NCBI GenBank assembly: GCA_046290465.1 | Contig: JBKAGP010000001.1 | Span: 3,616,001-3,680,000 of the forward strand | DNA from: Planctomycetota bacterium | GTDB taxonomy: Bacteria; Planctomycetota; UBA1135; UBA2386 | DNA length: 64,000 bases | Direction of reading: 5' to 3' | Shown here: piece by piece, positions 9,951-21,363 of the stretch | Position numbering within the stretch: position 1 is the first letter of the stretch | Layout: each line of letters opens with the position of its first letter | The notes under the pieces: generated by a model | Database searches by the model: none | Told to the model about the DNA's origin: nothing | What the model saw: only the letters and a program-made list of their open reading frames with translations | Position numbers and translations under genes: made by a program

Positions 9951-11396
9951 CTAGCGGCCGACGCAGAACAGCTTCTCGTTGGTCCGGATCAGCACGTCGC
10001 CGTGCGCGACGACGATCGACGAACGGATGTGGTCGTCGTCGTCGCTGCCCATCGCGACCTGGTGCGTGACCTTGCCGCTCTCGGCGTCGAGCACGATGAC
10101 CAGGCCGTTGTGGTCGATGCACCAGACGCGGCCGTCGGCGACCGTCGGGCTGGCGCGCCACAGGTGGTCCTTGGGCATCGGCGTCGTCCACAGCACCTCA
10201 CCGTCCGTGGCGCGCACGCGCGAGATCGCCGAGCGCACGTCGCTGAGCACGAAGAAGCAGCCGTCGTGGAAGGCCGGCGTCGGCACGTCGCTCGACACCG
10301 GGTTGGGGCGGCCGCCGCTCTTCCAGACCATCGCGTCGTCGTCCAGCTCGCCGGAGCCGCCGAGCCGCACCGCGTAGACCGGCGCGCGCTTCGGCGCACA
10401 GACCAGCGCGAGTCCGTCGCCGACGACGACCGACGGCACCAGCCGCCAGAACCGTTCGCGGTGGCCTTCGTTCCAGGTGCCCCAACGCCACAGCTCCTTG
10501 CCGGTCTTCGGATCGTGGCCGGTGATGACGTCCCCGCCGACCAGCAGCATCTCCTCGCGGCCGCCTTCGCCGACGAACGGGATCATCGTCGTGTCGGACT
10601 CGAGCGACTCGACCTGGGCCGGCGACGGACGCACGTGGCGGAACACGTTCTTGCCGGTCTTGACGTCGACGGCGAGCACGAACGACTCGATCGGCTCGGG
10701 CTGCTTGGCGGCGGCCGCCTCCTGCGCCTGCTTGCCGCGACCGCGTCGGCCACCGCCCGGACGACCGCGACGGATCGGCACGTCGCGCTGCAGCACCGGC
10801 AGGTAGACCAGGCCCTCGCGGTAGGTCGGGCTCGCCGCGAACGTCCAGTTGAACGCGAAGTTGCCGTAGTCCTGCTGGATGTTGCGGCGCCACAGCTCCT
10901 CGCCGGCGAAGTCGTAGGCGACCAGGTCGCCGTTGCCGAAGAAGAACACCACCCGCTGCCCGTCCGAGACCGGCGACGGCGACGCGTAGGTCGCGCGGGT
11001 GCGGGCGCCGCGCGCGATCCGCGTGCCCTGCTCGGTCGGCTTGTAGCCGCTGCCCGCGTCGCGCTGCCAGACGACCTCGCCGGTCTTACGATCGAGGCAG
11101 ATCGCGACCAGCCGTTCGCGCGCGCTGTCGACCGAGGTCACGAACACGCGGTCGCCGAGCACGATCGGCGTGCTGGCGCCGGGACCGGGCATCGTCGCCG
11201 CCCAGCGCACGTTCTGTTCGGGGCCGAACGCCTGCGGCAGCTCCTTCGCTTCGGACGCGCCGTTGTAGTGCGGGCCGCGCCAGTGCGGCCAGTCCTGCGC
11301 GACGACCGGAGCGGACAGGGCGCCGAGCAGCGTTCCGAACAGGGCGACGGCGAGAGGGGCGACGGCGAGAGGGAGACGGATGGAGGCGTGTGGCAT
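9951..11396 (-). CDS. PQQ-binding-like beta-propeller protein
   Basis: Signal peptide, QDWPHWRGP, STP, repeated D.KTG..W blades. Confidence 0.9.
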   Translation of the reverse strand: MPHASIRLPLAVAPLAVALFGTLLGALSAPVVAQDWPHWRGPHYNGASEAKELPQAFGPEQNVRWAATMPGPGASTPIVLGDRVFVTSVDSARERLVAICLDRKTGEVVWQRDAGSGYKPTEQGTRIARGARTRATYASPSPVSDGQRVVFFFGNGDLVAYDFAGEELWRRNIQQDYGNFAFNWTFAASPTYREGLVYLPVLQRDVPIRRGRPGGGRRGRGKQAQEAAAAKQPEPIESFVLAVDVKTGKNVFRHVRPSPAQVESLESDTTMIPFVGEGGREEMLLVGGDVITGHDPKTGKELWRWGTWNEGHRERFWRLVPSVVVGDGLALVCAPKRAPVYAVRLGGSGELDDDAMVWKSGGRPNPVSSDVPTPAFHDGCFFVLSDVRSAISRVRATDGEVLWTTPMPKDHLWRASPTVADGRVWCIDHNGLVIVLDAESGKVTHQVAMGSDDDDHIRSSIVVAHGDVLIRTNEKLFCVGR

Positions 11397-11442
11397 GGTC
11401 TGCTCCGCGGAGAATACAGGTCGATGGCACCCGTGGTCCGGC

Positions 11443-12687
11443 TCAGGACCCCGTCGCCACCTCGTCGTCGAACATCTGCTGGATCTGCTCGATCACGCCG
11501 ATCGCCTCGTCGGTGTCGACGATGCCGGTCAGCATGTCGACCAGCCCCTGGCGGTGGGCCTCGACCTTGGACAGCTCGCCGAAGCGGAAGTCCTCGGTGT
11601 AGAACGCGCGCACCAGCGGCAGGAAGCGGTCGAACGCGACCTGCCACTCGCCCGATCGGCCCTGCAGGTCCGGATGCCGGGCGTCCCCCGCGAGCGCGCA
11701 GGTGACCTCGAGCGCGAGGATCTCGGCCGATCGCGCCGACAGCAGCAGGCCGGTCGAGTAGACGGGATCGATGAAGCCGAGCGCGTCGCCGATCAGCGCC
11801 CAGCCCGGACCCCCGTCGCGTTCGGCGCGGTACGAGAAGTCGCGCGCGACCCGGACCTCGCCCGACAGCCTGGCGTCGACGAGACGTTCCTTGAGGTGCG
11901 GGCAGCGGTCGATCGCCGCCTGCAGGATCTCGTCGCGGTTCTGGCCGAACCGCAGGATCTCGCGCGCCGAGGTGACCAGGCCGATGCTGACGACGCCGGG
12001 CAGCGGGATGAACCAGATCCACGAACGCGCGTCGAGGCGGAAGATCAGCGTCGAGCCGGCGTCGATGCCGGGATCGAGCCGCACGCCCTCGTAGTGCGCG
12101 TAGACGGCGGTGTTCTCGAGGCCCGGCACGCCGACCTGGCGGCTCAGTTCGCGCGGGATCACGCCCTTCTGGCCGGATGCGTCGAGCACGACGCGCGCCG
12201 ACACGACCTCTTCGCTCTCGTCGAGCCGCCGCACCCGCACACCGGTCGCAGTCTCCCCTTCGAGGCAGACGTCGACGACCGGCGTATCGGTCTCGACTTG
12301 CGCGCCGGCCTCGCGCGCGGTGTCGAGCAGCATGCGATCGAAGTCGCTGCGCAGCACCTGCCAGGTGTGATGCATGCGCTGGTCGCGGACCTCGGAGAAG
12401 TAGAACGGCCGGCTCGGGCCGTTGGGCCCGTAGAACTGCACGCCGTGCTTCTGCGGGAAGCCGAGCTCGTCCATGCGCGCGCGCACGCCGAGCTTGTCGA
12501 GCGCCAGGTTGACGGCCGGTACCAGCGACTCGCCGACGTGGAAGCGCGGGAACGCCTGGCGCTCGAACAGACCGACGCGATGGCCGGCGCGCGCCAGCAG
12601 GGTGGCGGCGGTGGCGCCGGCGGGACCGCCGCCGACGACGACGACATCGAAGCTCTTCTCGGACTCAGTCACGTGCCGCTGCATCAT
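11443..12687 (-). CDS. Flavin-dependent halogenase-family FAD oxidoreductase
   Basis: GGGPAG, RFHVGES, GFPQKHG (catalytic Lys position), WIWFIP (WxWxIP), GDALGFIDPVYSTG. Start 12687 (ATG) or 12672 (GTG). Confidence 0.8.
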   Translation of the reverse strand: MMQRHVTESEKSFDVVVVGGGPAGATAATLLARAGHRVGLFERQAFPRFHVGESLVPAVNLALDKLGVRARMDELGFPQKHGVQFYGPNGPSRPFYFSEVRDQRMHHTWQVLRSDFDRMLLDTAREAGAQVETDTPVVDVCLEGETATGVRVRRLDESEEVVSARVVLDASGQKGVIPRELSRQVGVPGLENTAVYAHYEGVRLDPGIDAGSTLIFRLDARSWIWFIPLPGVVSIGLVTSAREILRFGQNRDEILQAAIDRCPHLKERLVDARLSGEVRVARDFSYRAERDGGPGWALIGDALGFIDPVYSTGLLLSARSAEILALEVTCALAGDARHPDLQGRSGEWQVAFDRFLPLVRAFYTEDFRFGELSKVEAHRQGLVDMLTGIVDTDEAIGVIEQIQQMFDDEVATGS

Positions 12688-12814
12688 GGTCCAGGGTCCT
12701 TCGCACGTGGTAGCGAGACGAGATTCTGACACTTGTGGAATTCGTGCGCACCACGACCCAGCAAACGCGATCGCGCGCGAACCGCCCGCCGCAGCGATAG
12801 GATCCTGACACGCC

Positions 12815-14119
12815 ATGGCCTCCGAATCCGACACGAAGACCGGCAACTACTTCGTCGCCAACTACCCGCCGTTCTCGACGTGGCGCGTCGAGGACGCGCA
12901 CGTCGCGACCGACCGCCTCGCACGGCCGCCCGCCGCCGGCACGCCGTTCGGCCTCTACGTGCACATCCCGTTCTGCAGGAAGCGGTGCGACTTCTGCTAC
13001 TTCCGGGTCTACACCGACAAGAACGCGAGCGCGGTGCACCGCTACCTCGACGCGGTCGTCGACGAGGCGCGCAGGCACGCCGAGCAGGCGGCGGTGCGCG
13101 GGCGCAAGCCGGAGTTCGTCTACTTCGGTGGCGGCACGCCGTCGTACTTGTCCGTCGACCAGCTGACCCGCCTGTTCGACGGCCTGCAGCAGCACCTGCC
13201 GTGGGACGGCGCCAAGGAGATCACGTTCGAGTGCGAGCCCGGCACGCTGCAGGAGCAGAAGATCCACGCGCTGAAGGACATGGGCATCACCCGCCTGAGC
13301 CTCGGCGTCGAGAACTTCGATCCGGACATCCTCGAGCGCAACAACCGCGCCCACCGCGCCAAGGAGATCGACCGCGCCTACGGCTTCGCGCGGCAGGCCG
13401 GCTTCCGGCAGATCAACATCGACCTGATCGCCGGCATGATCGGCGAGACCGACGACAACTGGCGTCGCTGCATCGAGCGCACGCTCGAGCTCGAGCCGGA
13501 CAGCGTGACGATCTACCAGATGGAGATCCCGTTCAACACGACGGTCGCGCGCCGGATGAAGGACGACCAGCAGGAGGTCGCGCCGGTCGCCGACTGGGAC
13601 ACCAAGCGTCGCTGGGTCGACGAGGCGTTCGCGGCGCTCGAACGGGCCGGCTACCGCGTCGGCAGCGCCTACACGGCCTCGCGCGGGGACCAGGCGACGT
13701 TCGAGTACCGCGACGGCCTGTGGCACGGCGCCGACCTGCTCGGCCTCGGCGTCGCGTCGTTCGGCCACATCGGCGGCGTGCACTACCAGAACGTGCACGA
13801 CTTCGATCCCTACCTCGAACGGGTCGAGTCCGGCGCGCTGCCGGTGCACCGCGCGCTGCAGCTCACCGACGACCAGCGGCTGATCCGTGAGTTCATCCTG
13901 CAGCTCAAGCTGGGCTCGGTCGACACGCGACCGTTCGTCGAGAAGTTCGGCGTCGATCCGCTGCAGCGCTTCGCAGCACCGCTGCGAAAGCACCAGGACG
14001 ACGGCTACCTGCGCGTCGACGGCCCGCGCGTCGAGCTGGCGCGGCACGGCCTGCTGCAGGTCGACCGGCTGCTGCACGACTTCTTCCCCGAGGAGCACCG
14101 CGCGGTGCGCTACGCCTGA
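12815..14119 (+). CDS. HemN-like (class C) radical SAM enzyme
   Basis: LYVHIPFCRKRCDFC, YFGGGTPS, RLSLGVENF, NIDLIAG. Confidence 0.9.
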   Translation: MASESDTKTGNYFVANYPPFSTWRVEDAHVATDRLARPPAAGTPFGLYVHIPFCRKRCDFCYFRVYTDKNASAVHRYLDAVVDEARRHAEQAAVRGRKPEFVYFGGGTPSYLSVDQLTRLFDGLQQHLPWDGAKEITFECEPGTLQEQKIHALKDMGITRLSLGVENFDPDILERNNRAHRAKEIDRAYGFARQAGFRQINIDLIAGMIGETDDNWRRCIERTLELEPDSVTIYQMEIPFNTTVARRMKDDQQEVAPVADWDTKRRWVDEAFAALERAGYRVGSAYTASRGDQATFEYRDGLWHGADLLGLGVASFGHIGGVHYQNVHDFDPYLERVESGALPVHRALQLTDDQRLIREFILQLKLGSVDTRPFVEKFGVDPLQRFAAPLRKHQDDGYLRVDGPRVELARHGLLQVDRLLHDFFPEEHRAVRYA

Positions 14120-14122
14120 GCC

Positions 14123-14545
14123 ATGGCGCACCGCTTCGCGATGACGCGCCGGGTCACGTTCGCCGAGACCGACATGGCGGGCATCCTGCACTTCTCCAAC
14201 TACTTCCGCTACATGGAGGAGACCGAGCACGCGTTCTTCCGTTCGCTCGGCTTCCAGGTGCACGCGTGCGAGCAGAGCGGCGCCTGGGGCTGGGCGCGGC
14301 GCAACGCTTCGTGCGACTACCAGCGTCCGCTGCGCTACGAGGACGAGGTCGAACTGCAGCTGACGGTCAAGGAGAAGCGCAGCAAGGCGCTGGTCTACGA
14401 GGTGCGGTTCGTGCTCGACGGCGAGCTGGCCGCGCAGGGCGAACTGACCGCGGTGTGCGTCGAGAAGGGGCCGGACGGCCGGCTGCGCGCCGCCGAGATG
14501 CCGGCCGTGGTGGCTGCGGCGATCGACGTCGCTCCGTTGACATGA
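14123..14545 (+). CDS. 4HBT/YbgC-type hotdog acyl-CoA thioesterase
   Basis: VTFAETDMAGILHFSNYFRYME motif. Confidence 0.9.
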   Translation: MAHRFAMTRRVTFAETDMAGILHFSNYFRYMEETEHAFFRSLGFQVHACEQSGAWGWARRNASCDYQRPLRYEDEVELQLTVKEKRSKALVYEVRFVLDGELAAQGELTAVCVEKGPDGRLRAAEMPAVVAAAIDVAPLT

Positions 14546-14671
14546 GTTTGTGACAACCGGGCTTGCGTCTCGCGAGCCCGCGTCGCGAACGATGGGACGC
14601 CCGCGCAGCGCCGCTATCCTCGTCGACCCGATTTCGGGTCGGCCGCCGCCGGCGCAGCCCCCTCCCTTCCG

Positions 14672-16963
14672 ATGAAACGACGCACCTCCACGCTGGCCGC
14701 CGTCCTCGGCGCCGCGCTCGCGCTCCCGCTCGCCCTGCTCCCGACCGGCTGCGGCACGACCCCGGACATCGAGACCGGCAGCTTCGCCGCGCACGGCTGG
14801 CTGAGCTGGCGAGGCCCCGAACAAAACGGCCGCTCGCGCGAGACCGGCCTGCCCGAGCCCGCCGACGTCGACGGCAACAAGCCGACCTGGCGCTACGACC
14901 TCAGCGGTCGCGGCACGCCGGTGATCGCCAACGGCCGCGTCTACACGATGGGCTACGAGGGCGAGGGCAAGGAGCTCGAGGAGGTGCTGGTCTGCCTCGA
15001 CGAGAACACCGGCGAGCGGATCTGGGAGCAGCGCTTCCAGCACTTCTTGACCGACATCATCTACTACCGCTTCGCGATCGGCAGCCCGACGATCGACGCC
15101 GCGACCGGCAACGTGTTCTGCATCACGTCGGCCGGCCTTCTCTGCTCGTTCACCGCCGACGGTGAGCTGCGCTGGCAGCACGCGCTCGGCGCCGAGTACG
15201 GCCGGCTGGTGTTCCCCAACGGCCGCACCGGCGCGGTCGCGCTGACCGACGAACACGTCGTGCTGCACATGACGACGTCCGGCTGGGGCCCGCAGGGGCC
15301 GGCGCGCGGCCGCTTCTTCGCGTTCGACAAGGACGACGGCGCGTCGGCGTGGACGTCGACGCCGGGCGGACCGCCGAAGGACATCTCGTTCTCGCTGCCG
15401 GTCGTCGAGCAGCGCGGCGGCCGCCTGCTCACCTACGCCGGCCTGTCCGGCGGCCACATGACCTGCGTCGACGCCCGCACCGGCGACGCGCTGTGGCGCT
15501 TTCCGATGTGCACCGGCGGCATGAGCTCGAGCGCCGTGCTCTACAAGGACACGCTGATCGCGATCCACGGCAAGGAGAACCTCGACTCGTCGACCGCCGG
15601 CCGCATGGTCGCGATCAAGCTCGGCGCGCTGCCGGGCAAGGACGGCAAGCAGCTGGTGCTCGGCGCCGAACACGAGAAGTGGCGCAACCACCTGACCGCG
15701 TTCACCAGTTCGCCGGTGCTGGTCGACGACCGCGTCTACACGACCATCGCGACCGGCGAGCTCGCCTGCGTCAACGCCGACACCGGCGAGGTGCTGTGGG
15801 AGCACAAGCTGGCGCCCGACCAGATCCACGCCTCGCCGGCGTTCGGTGACGGTCTGCTGTGGGTGCCGATGAACAACGGCTCGCTGTTCGTGATCCGGCC
15901 GACCGATGCGGCCGCCGAAGTGCTCACCGAGACGACGCTCGAAGGCAACTGCCTCGGCGCGCCGGCGATCTGCAACGGCCGCGTCTACGTGCACACGACC
16001 AAGGCGCTCTACTGCTTTGCGGGGGAAGGCTCGCAGCAAGCGCCGCCGGCGATCCCGGCGCCGACCGTCGACGCCACCCTTGGTGCGGCGACGCGGCTGC
16101 AGGTGCTGCCGGCCGACGTGCTGGTGCGCACCGGCGAGACCATCCAGTTCCGCGCGCGCAGCCTCGACGCCGACGGCAACACCGTCGCCGACCCGGTCGC
16201 GGGCGCGATCGAGTGGACCGGCAAGCTGACCGACGGCATGCGCATCGACGCCGCTGGCAAGCTGACGATCGCGGCCGACGCGACCCCGACGGCGCTGGTG
16301 CTGAAGGCGTCCTCGGGCGGCGTCACCGGCACCGCGCGCGTGCGCGTCGTGCCGAGCGCGCCCTACACCGACGACCTCGAGGACGTCGCGCTGCAGCCGC
16401 ACCCGAAGGAGGATGGCGTGAACTTCGCGTTCCCGCGGGCGCACTGGATCAGCGCCAGGCTCAAGTGGGAGGTGCGCGAACGCGACGGCAACAAGGTGCT
16501 CGCGCGCACGCTCGACCAGCCGCTGTTCCAGCGCACGATCTCGATGATCGGCGCGCCCGACATGGCCAACTACACCATGCAGGTCGACGTGATGACCGAC
16601 GGCAACCGCCGCATCATGTCGACGCCGGGAATGGTCAACCAGCGCTACCTGATCCTGCTCAAGGGCAACCACCAGGCGCTCGAGATCACCTCCAACGAGG
16701 AGCTGCTGAAGGAGCGCGTCAAGTTCCGCTGGAAGCCCAAGGTCTGGTACCGGATGAAGAGCCGGGTCGACGTCGCGCCCGACGGCAGCGGCGTCGTGCG
16801 CGCCAAGGCCTGGCAACGCGACGAGCCCGAGCCGGACGGCTGGCTGCTGGAGGTCGAGGTGCCGCGCGCCAATCGCAGCGGCTCCCCCGGCATCTACGGC
16901 TTCACCCCCCAGAGCCGCTTCCGCTGCTACGTCGACAACATCGTGGTGACCCCCAATGACTGA
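14672..16963 (+). CDS. PQQ-like beta-propeller lipoprotein with C-terminal Ig-like and beta-sandwich domains
   Basis: Lipobox LLPTGC, WLSWRGP, TG..W blades, about 300-aa C-terminal extension. Confidence 0.85.
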   Translation: MKRRTSTLAAVLGAALALPLALLPTGCGTTPDIETGSFAAHGWLSWRGPEQNGRSRETGLPEPADVDGNKPTWRYDLSGRGTPVIANGRVYTMGYEGEGKELEEVLVCLDENTGERIWEQRFQHFLTDIIYYRFAIGSPTIDAATGNVFCITSAGLLCSFTADGELRWQHALGAEYGRLVFPNGRTGAVALTDEHVVLHMTTSGWGPQGPARGRFFAFDKDDGASAWTSTPGGPPKDISFSLPVVEQRGGRLLTYAGLSGGHMTCVDARTGDALWRFPMCTGGMSSSAVLYKDTLIAIHGKENLDSSTAGRMVAIKLGALPGKDGKQLVLGAEHEKWRNHLTAFTSSPVLVDDRVYTTIATGELACVNADTGEVLWEHKLAPDQIHASPAFGDGLLWVPMNNGSLFVIRPTDAAAEVLTETTLEGNCLGAPAICNGRVYVHTTKALYCFAGEGSQQAPPAIPAPTVDATLGAATRLQVLPADVLVRTGETIQFRARSLDADGNTVADPVAGAIEWTGKLTDGMRIDAAGKLTIAADATPTALVLKASSGGVTGTARVRVVPSAPYTDDLEDVALQPHPKEDGVNFAFPRAHWISARLKWEVRERDGNKVLARTLDQPLFQRTISMIGAPDMANYTMQVDVMTDGNRRIMSTPGMVNQRYLILLKGNHQALEITSNEELLKERVKFRWKPKVWYRMKSRVDVAPDGSGVVRAKAWQRDEPEPDGWLLEVEVPRANRSGSPGIYGFTPQSRFRCYVDNIVVTPND

Positions 16964-18521
16964 TCTGACCCTGCGTGGCGTCGCGGCGCTGCTGATCGCC
17001 CCCGCCCTCCTCTCCTCGCTCGCGTCGGCCCAGGACTGGCCGATGTGGGGCCGCAACGCGACCCGCAACATGGTCGCCGACGTCAAGGGACTGCCGCTCG
17101 ACATCGTGCCCGGCGAGTTCGCCGACGACAGCGAGGACATCGACATCACGACGTCCAAGAACGTCAAGTGGATCGCCAAGCTCGGCTCGCAGAGCTACGG
17201 CAACCCGACCGTCGCCGACGGCCGCGTCTACGTCGGCACCAACAACGACGTGCCGCGCGACGACCGCTTCCAGGGCGACCGCAGCTGCGTCTACTGCCTC
17301 GACGAGAAGACCGGCGAGCTGATCTGGCAGCTCAACGTTCCCAAGCTCGGCACCGGCAAGGTCAGCGACTGGGAGTTCCTCGGCATCTGCAGTTCGCCCT
17401 GCGTCGACGGCGATCGCGTCTACCTGGTGACCAACCGCTGCGAGGTCATGTGCGTCGACGTCAACGGCTTCAAGGACGGCAACCAGGGCTTCCAGGACGA
17501 GGCCAAGTACTACGCCGACAACGGCAAGCCACCGGTCAAGGTCAACGAGAAGACCGACGCCGACATCATCTGGAAGATGAACATGATCGACGAGTGCGGC
17601 GTGTTCCCGCACAACATCACCAGCTGCTCGGTGATGGTCGTTGGCGACCAGATCTGGACCTCGACGTCCAACGGCGTCGACTACGGCCACGTCGAGACGC
17701 CGGCCCCGAACGCGCCGTCGCTGATCGTCGTCGACAAGAAGACCGGCAAGCTGATCGGCGAGGAGGCCTCGGGCCTCAGCCAGAACATCTTCCACAGCAA
17801 CTGGTCGTCGCCCGCCTACCTGAAGGCCGATGACACCGAGCTGGTGATCTTCGGCGGCCCGGACGGCGTGCTCTACGCGTTCGATCCGAAGCCGGTGAAG
17901 GACGAGGACGGCTTCCTGGTGCTGAAGGAGGCGTGGAAGTACGACTGCAACCCGAAGGCCTACCGCGTCAAGGAGGACGGTTCGCCGCGCAAGTACGCGA
18001 CCGCCAAGGGACCGAGCGAGGTGCTGGCGACGCCGGTCGTCTACGACGGCCACGCCTACGCCCTGATCGGCCAGGACCCGGAGCACGGCGAAGGTGTCGG
18101 CAACCTCGTCTGCCTCGACCGCAACGGCAAGCAGGTCTGGTCGTTCGGCGAGATCCACCGCTCGATCTCGACGCTGTCGATCACCGACGGCCTGGTGTTC
18201 GCCGCCGACTACTCGGGCTACCTCTACTGCATCGACGCCAAGACCGGCGAGAAGTGCTGGCAGTACGACACCAGCGCGCACATCTGGGGCTCGACGCTGG
18301 TCGCCGACGGCCGCGTCTACGTCGGCATCGAGGACGGCTTCCTGGTCAGCGCGCCGGCGACGCGCGCGTTCGACAAGAAGAACGTCAAGGAGATCGACTT
18401 CGCGGTCCCGATCTACAGCTCGCCGATCGCGGCGAACGGCGTGCTCTACATCGCGACCCACACCCACCTGTTCGCCATCGCCAAGGGCGCCGGCGCGGCC
18501 GGGGACGACGGCGGCAAGTGA
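16956..18521 (+). CDS. PQQ-like beta-propeller protein
   Basis: Signal peptide, QDWPMWG, DEKTGELIW blades; overlaps the upstream stop. Confidence 0.88.
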   Translation: MTDLTLRGVAALLIAPALLSSLASAQDWPMWGRNATRNMVADVKGLPLDIVPGEFADDSEDIDITTSKNVKWIAKLGSQSYGNPTVADGRVYVGTNNDVPRDDRFQGDRSCVYCLDEKTGELIWQLNVPKLGTGKVSDWEFLGICSSPCVDGDRVYLVTNRCEVMCVDVNGFKDGNQGFQDEAKYYADNGKPPVKVNEKTDADIIWKMNMIDECGVFPHNITSCSVMVVGDQIWTSTSNGVDYGHVETPAPNAPSLIVVDKKTGKLIGEEASGLSQNIFHSNWSSPAYLKADDTELVIFGGPDGVLYAFDPKPVKDEDGFLVLKEAWKYDCNPKAYRVKEDGSPRKYATAKGPSEVLATPVVYDGHAYALIGQDPEHGEGVGNLVCLDRNGKQVWSFGEIHRSISTLSITDGLVFAADYSGYLYCIDAKTGEKCWQYDTSAHIWGSTLVADGRVYVGIEDGFLVSAPATRAFDKKNVKEIDFAVPIYSSPIAANGVLYIATHTHLFAIAKGAGAAGDDGGK

Positions 18522-18528
18522 GCCACGC

Positions 18529-18771
18529 ATGACCCGAAAGCTCTCGAGCGGCGGCAAGTTCGCGTGGGGCCTCGTCGTCCTGCTCGCGATCCTGCACTAC
18601 GACTTCTGGTTCTGGGGCGACCGCAGCGTCGCGTTCGGCTTCCTGCCGGTCGGCCTGCTGTTCCAGGCGCTGATCTCGCTCGGGGCCGCCATCGCCTGGG
18701 CGCTGGTCGTCCGGTTCGCGTGGCCGACGCACATCGAGGAGTGGGCCGACCGGCCCGTTGACGACGAATGA
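18529..18771 (+). CDS. Small 2-TM accessory protein of a sodium:solute symporter (DUF3311-like)
   Basis: 80 aa, LHYDFWFW..FGFLPVGL; ATGA overlap with the symporter gene. Confidence 0.75.
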   Translation: MTRKLSSGGKFAWGLVVLLAILHYDFWFWGDRSVAFGFLPVGLLFQALISLGAAIAWALVVRFAWPTHIEEWADRPVDDE

Positions 18772-20300
18772 TCTCGGCACTCCTGCAAGGCCCGCCGCAG
18801 AGCACCACCCCGCTCTACGTCGTCGGCGTCTACCTGCTGCTGCTGCTCGCGTTCAGCATCCTCAACAGCCGGCGCGCGCGCGGCTCGGCCGGCGAGTACT
18901 TCGTCGCCAGCCGCTCGATCGGACCGTTCCTGCTGCTGATGAGCGTGTTCGGCACGACGATGACCGCGTTCGCGCTCGTCGGCTCGACCGGCAAGGCCTA
19001 CGACAGCGGCATCGGTGTCTACGGGCTGATGGCGTCGGCGTCCGGCATCATCCACTCGCTGGTGTTCTTCCTGGTCGGCATCCGGCTGTGGGCCATCGGC
19101 AAGCGCTTCAACTACGTCACCCAGATCCAGTTCTTCCGCGGCCGCTTCCAGTCGAACCTGCTCGGCTACCTGCTGTTCCCGGTGCTGGTCGGGCTGGTGA
19201 TCCCGTACCTGCTGATCGGGATCGTCGGCGCCGGCGCGGTCGTCAAGGGCATCTCCGGCGTGCCGACCTGGCTGACCGGACTGGTCGTCTGCGGGGTCGT
19301 GCTGGCCTACATCCTGACCGGCGGCGTGCGCGCCGCGGCGCTCGCCAACGCGGTGCAGACGATCGTGTTCATGGCGGTCGGCCTGCTCGCGTTCGTGCTG
19401 ATCTCGGGCTCGCTCGGCGGCGTCGAGCAGGCCACCCAGAACGCGGCCGACAACACCCCGGAGCTGCTCGCCCGCGAAGGCAAGATCGGCCACCTGCAGT
19501 TCTTGAGCTACTGCTTCGTGCCGCTCTCGGTCGGCATGTTCCCGCACCTGTTCCAGCACTGGCTGACGGCGCGCAGCGCCAAGACGTTCCGCACCACGGT
19601 CATCGCGCACCCGATCTTCATCATGATCGTCTGGGTGCCGTGCGTGCTGATCGGCGTCTGGGCGGCCGGCGCCGGCATCGAGGCGCCCGGCGGCAACTCC
19701 AACGCGGTGCTGGCCAAGATGGTCGGCATGCAGCTGAAGAACCCCTGGATCAGCGGCCTGCTGATGGCCGGCATCCTGGCCGCGATCATGTCGTCGCTCG
19801 ATTCGCAGTTCGTCTGCCTCGGCACGATCTTCACCCACGACATCGTCGTGCACGTGACCGGCGATCGCTTCGACGAGGCCCAGCGGGTGCGCCTCGGCCG
19901 GTTCTTCATCGTCGCGATCGTCGCGCTGACCTACGTGCTGTCGCTGTTCCCGCCGCCCAACGTGTTCGATCTGGCGGTGTGGTGCTTCAGCGGCTTCGCC
20001 AGCCTGTTCCCGCTGGTCGTCGCGGCCGTCTACTGGCGTCGCGCGACCGCGAAGGGCGCCATCGCGTCGGTGCTGGTCGCCGGCGGCACCTGGGCGGTGC
20101 TGTTCTACGACGGCCTGCTGGCGCCGACGCTCGCGGGCGAACGCGCCGGCGAGGACTACCTGATCGGCGGCATGATGCCGGTCACGGTGATGATCGCCGC
20201 CTCGGCGGTGACGCTGGTCGTCGTCAGCCTGATGACGCAGCCGCCCTCGGCCGCAACCGTGGCCCGCTTCTTCGACGAAGACCCGGCCGCCGTATCCTGA
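18768..20300 (+). CDS. Sodium:solute symporter (SSS family)
   Basis: YFVASRSIG, GGVRA, AAIMSSLDS; about 13 TM segments. Confidence 0.92.
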   Translation: MISALLQGPPQSTTPLYVVGVYLLLLLAFSILNSRRARGSAGEYFVASRSIGPFLLLMSVFGTTMTAFALVGSTGKAYDSGIGVYGLMASASGIIHSLVFFLVGIRLWAIGKRFNYVTQIQFFRGRFQSNLLGYLLFPVLVGLVIPYLLIGIVGAGAVVKGISGVPTWLTGLVVCGVVLAYILTGGVRAAALANAVQTIVFMAVGLLAFVLISGSLGGVEQATQNAADNTPELLAREGKIGHLQFLSYCFVPLSVGMFPHLFQHWLTARSAKTFRTTVIAHPIFIMIVWVPCVLIGVWAAGAGIEAPGGNSNAVLAKMVGMQLKNPWISGLLMAGILAAIMSSLDSQFVCLGTIFTHDIVVHVTGDRFDEAQRVRLGRFFIVAIVALTYVLSLFPPPNVFDLAVWCFSGFASLFPLVVAAVYWRRATAKGAIASVLVAGGTWAVLFYDGLLAPTLAGERAGEDYLIGGMMPVTVMIAASAVTLVVVSLMTQPPSAATVARFFDEDPAAVS

Positions 20301-20310
20301 CCCCGACGCC

Positions 20311-21359
<1,049 letters not shown>

Positions 21360-21363
<4 letters not shown>

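Noticed and set aside
11342..11379. 15-bp tandem repeat in a signal-peptide coding region (PLAVA x2)
   Set aside because: A short in-frame duplication with no evident significance.
12815..14119. Assigning hemN or hemW
   Set aside because: The family is clear, but the context (thioesterase, halogenase) argues against assuming a haem function, so the symbol is withheld.
12665..17179. 1504-aa minus-strand ORF and other long antisense or alternate-frame ORFs (e.g. 36500-39835, 21357-23867)
   Set aside because: Typical high-GC shadow ORFs opposite or overlapping well-supported genes, with no motifs.
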